This document shows, in pieces, positions 63,684 through 64,000 of a stretch of 64,000 nucleotides of DNA. Every line of letters begins with the position of its first letter. Position 1 is the first letter of the stretch. The notes under the pieces were generated by a model. That model ran no database searches, was not told where the DNA came from, and saw only the letters and a list, made by a program, of their open reading frames with translations. Made by a program: the position numbers and the translations under genes. This stretch comes from an uncultured Methanomassiliicoccales archaeon (GTDB lineage: Archaea; Thermoplasmatota; Thermoplasmata; Methanomassiliicoccales; UBA472): positions 7,493 to 71,492 of the forward strand of contig CAWDCQ010000048.1 in NCBI GenBank assembly GCA_963800775.1, written 5' to 3'.

Positions 63684-63705
63684 GCCCCGCTCCGGCGGGG
63701 CTTTT
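63684..63705 (+). terminator. intrinsic terminator after rnpB
   Basis: GCCCCGC-tccg-GCGGGGC followed by TTTT. Confidence 0.7.
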
Positions 63706-63817
63706 CTACATAGCGACTCACTGGGCGCTTGTTCAGGAGAGGATCAGCCCCTGGACGACGTCGACAGCGAGCGCGTCGGTGGATTGGCGCTCAGGCCTTC
63801 GGGTAGGCTGACGCTGA

Positions 63818-64000
63818 GTGAGCGCAGCTATCCAGCTTGCGGGCTTGGTGAAGTCGTTCCGCGGCACCCACGGGCCTGTTCATGCGGTGCGTGGGGTCGA
63901 TCTGTCGATATCCGCCGGTGAGACCGTTGCACTGCTCGGGCCCAACGGCGCCGGCAAGTCGACGACGATCGACATGATGCTCGGGCTCACCGCGCCCGAC
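63818..64000 (+). CDS. ABC transporter ATP-binding protein (5' part, runs off window)
   Basis: GTG 63818, then VSAAIQLAGLVKSFRG...VDLSISAGETVALLGPNGAGKSTTIDMMLGL with Walker A GPNGAGKST. It is absent from the ORF track because no stop is reached. Confidence 0.8.
   Translation, partial: MSAAIQLAGLVKSFRGTHGPVHAVRGVDLSISAGETVALLGPNGAGKSTTIDMMLGLTAPD

Overview
Composite window. Bases 1 to about 61060 read as chromosome from a euryarchaeon, most consistent with a Thermoplasmata/Methanomassiliicoccales-type methyl-reducing methanogen. Supporting genes: Taw1, aCPSF1, proteasome beta, a FlaI/FlaJ-like ATPase plus platform, an MtaA-like methyltransferase, DUF1616, and TATA-box/leaderless gene starts. 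Layout: (i) 0-11.6 kb holds core genes plus a compact radical-SAM/SPASM + PqqD-like + leader-peptide operon, a candidate uncharacterised RiPP system. (ii) 11.6-24.5 kb is a lower-GC accessory stretch with a tRNA 3' fragment, degraded integrase-like frames, an RHH gene, TetR + MFS-USP, IS630-type and IS5-type elements and VOC genes. (iii) 24.9-39 kb holds sensor kinases, a YcaQ-like gene, an MtaA-like gene, and two tandem GT4 genes plus AsnB. (iv) 42-61 kb is a large surface-glycan island: beta-helix protein, three more GT4, one GT2, two hexapeptide acetyltransferases, a FemAB-like enzyme, a PRTase-HAD fusion, polytopic membrane proteins, tandemly duplicated Wzx flippases and a deacetylase. From about 61.1 kb to the end the DNA is bacterial in kind and visibly GC-richer: MazF-type toxin fragment, tRNA-Leu(GAG), LexA with a CGAAC-N4-GTTCG box, type-A RNase P RNA with an intrinsic terminator, and the start of an ABC ATPase. 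The window is therefore chimeric, concatenated, or an extraordinary join. Many genes in the first 36 kb are frame-broken, including aCPSF1 with at least 6 breaks, while 37.5-61 kb is almost clean. I found no CRISPR array and no rRNA. All family calls come from reading translated motifs; no searches were run.
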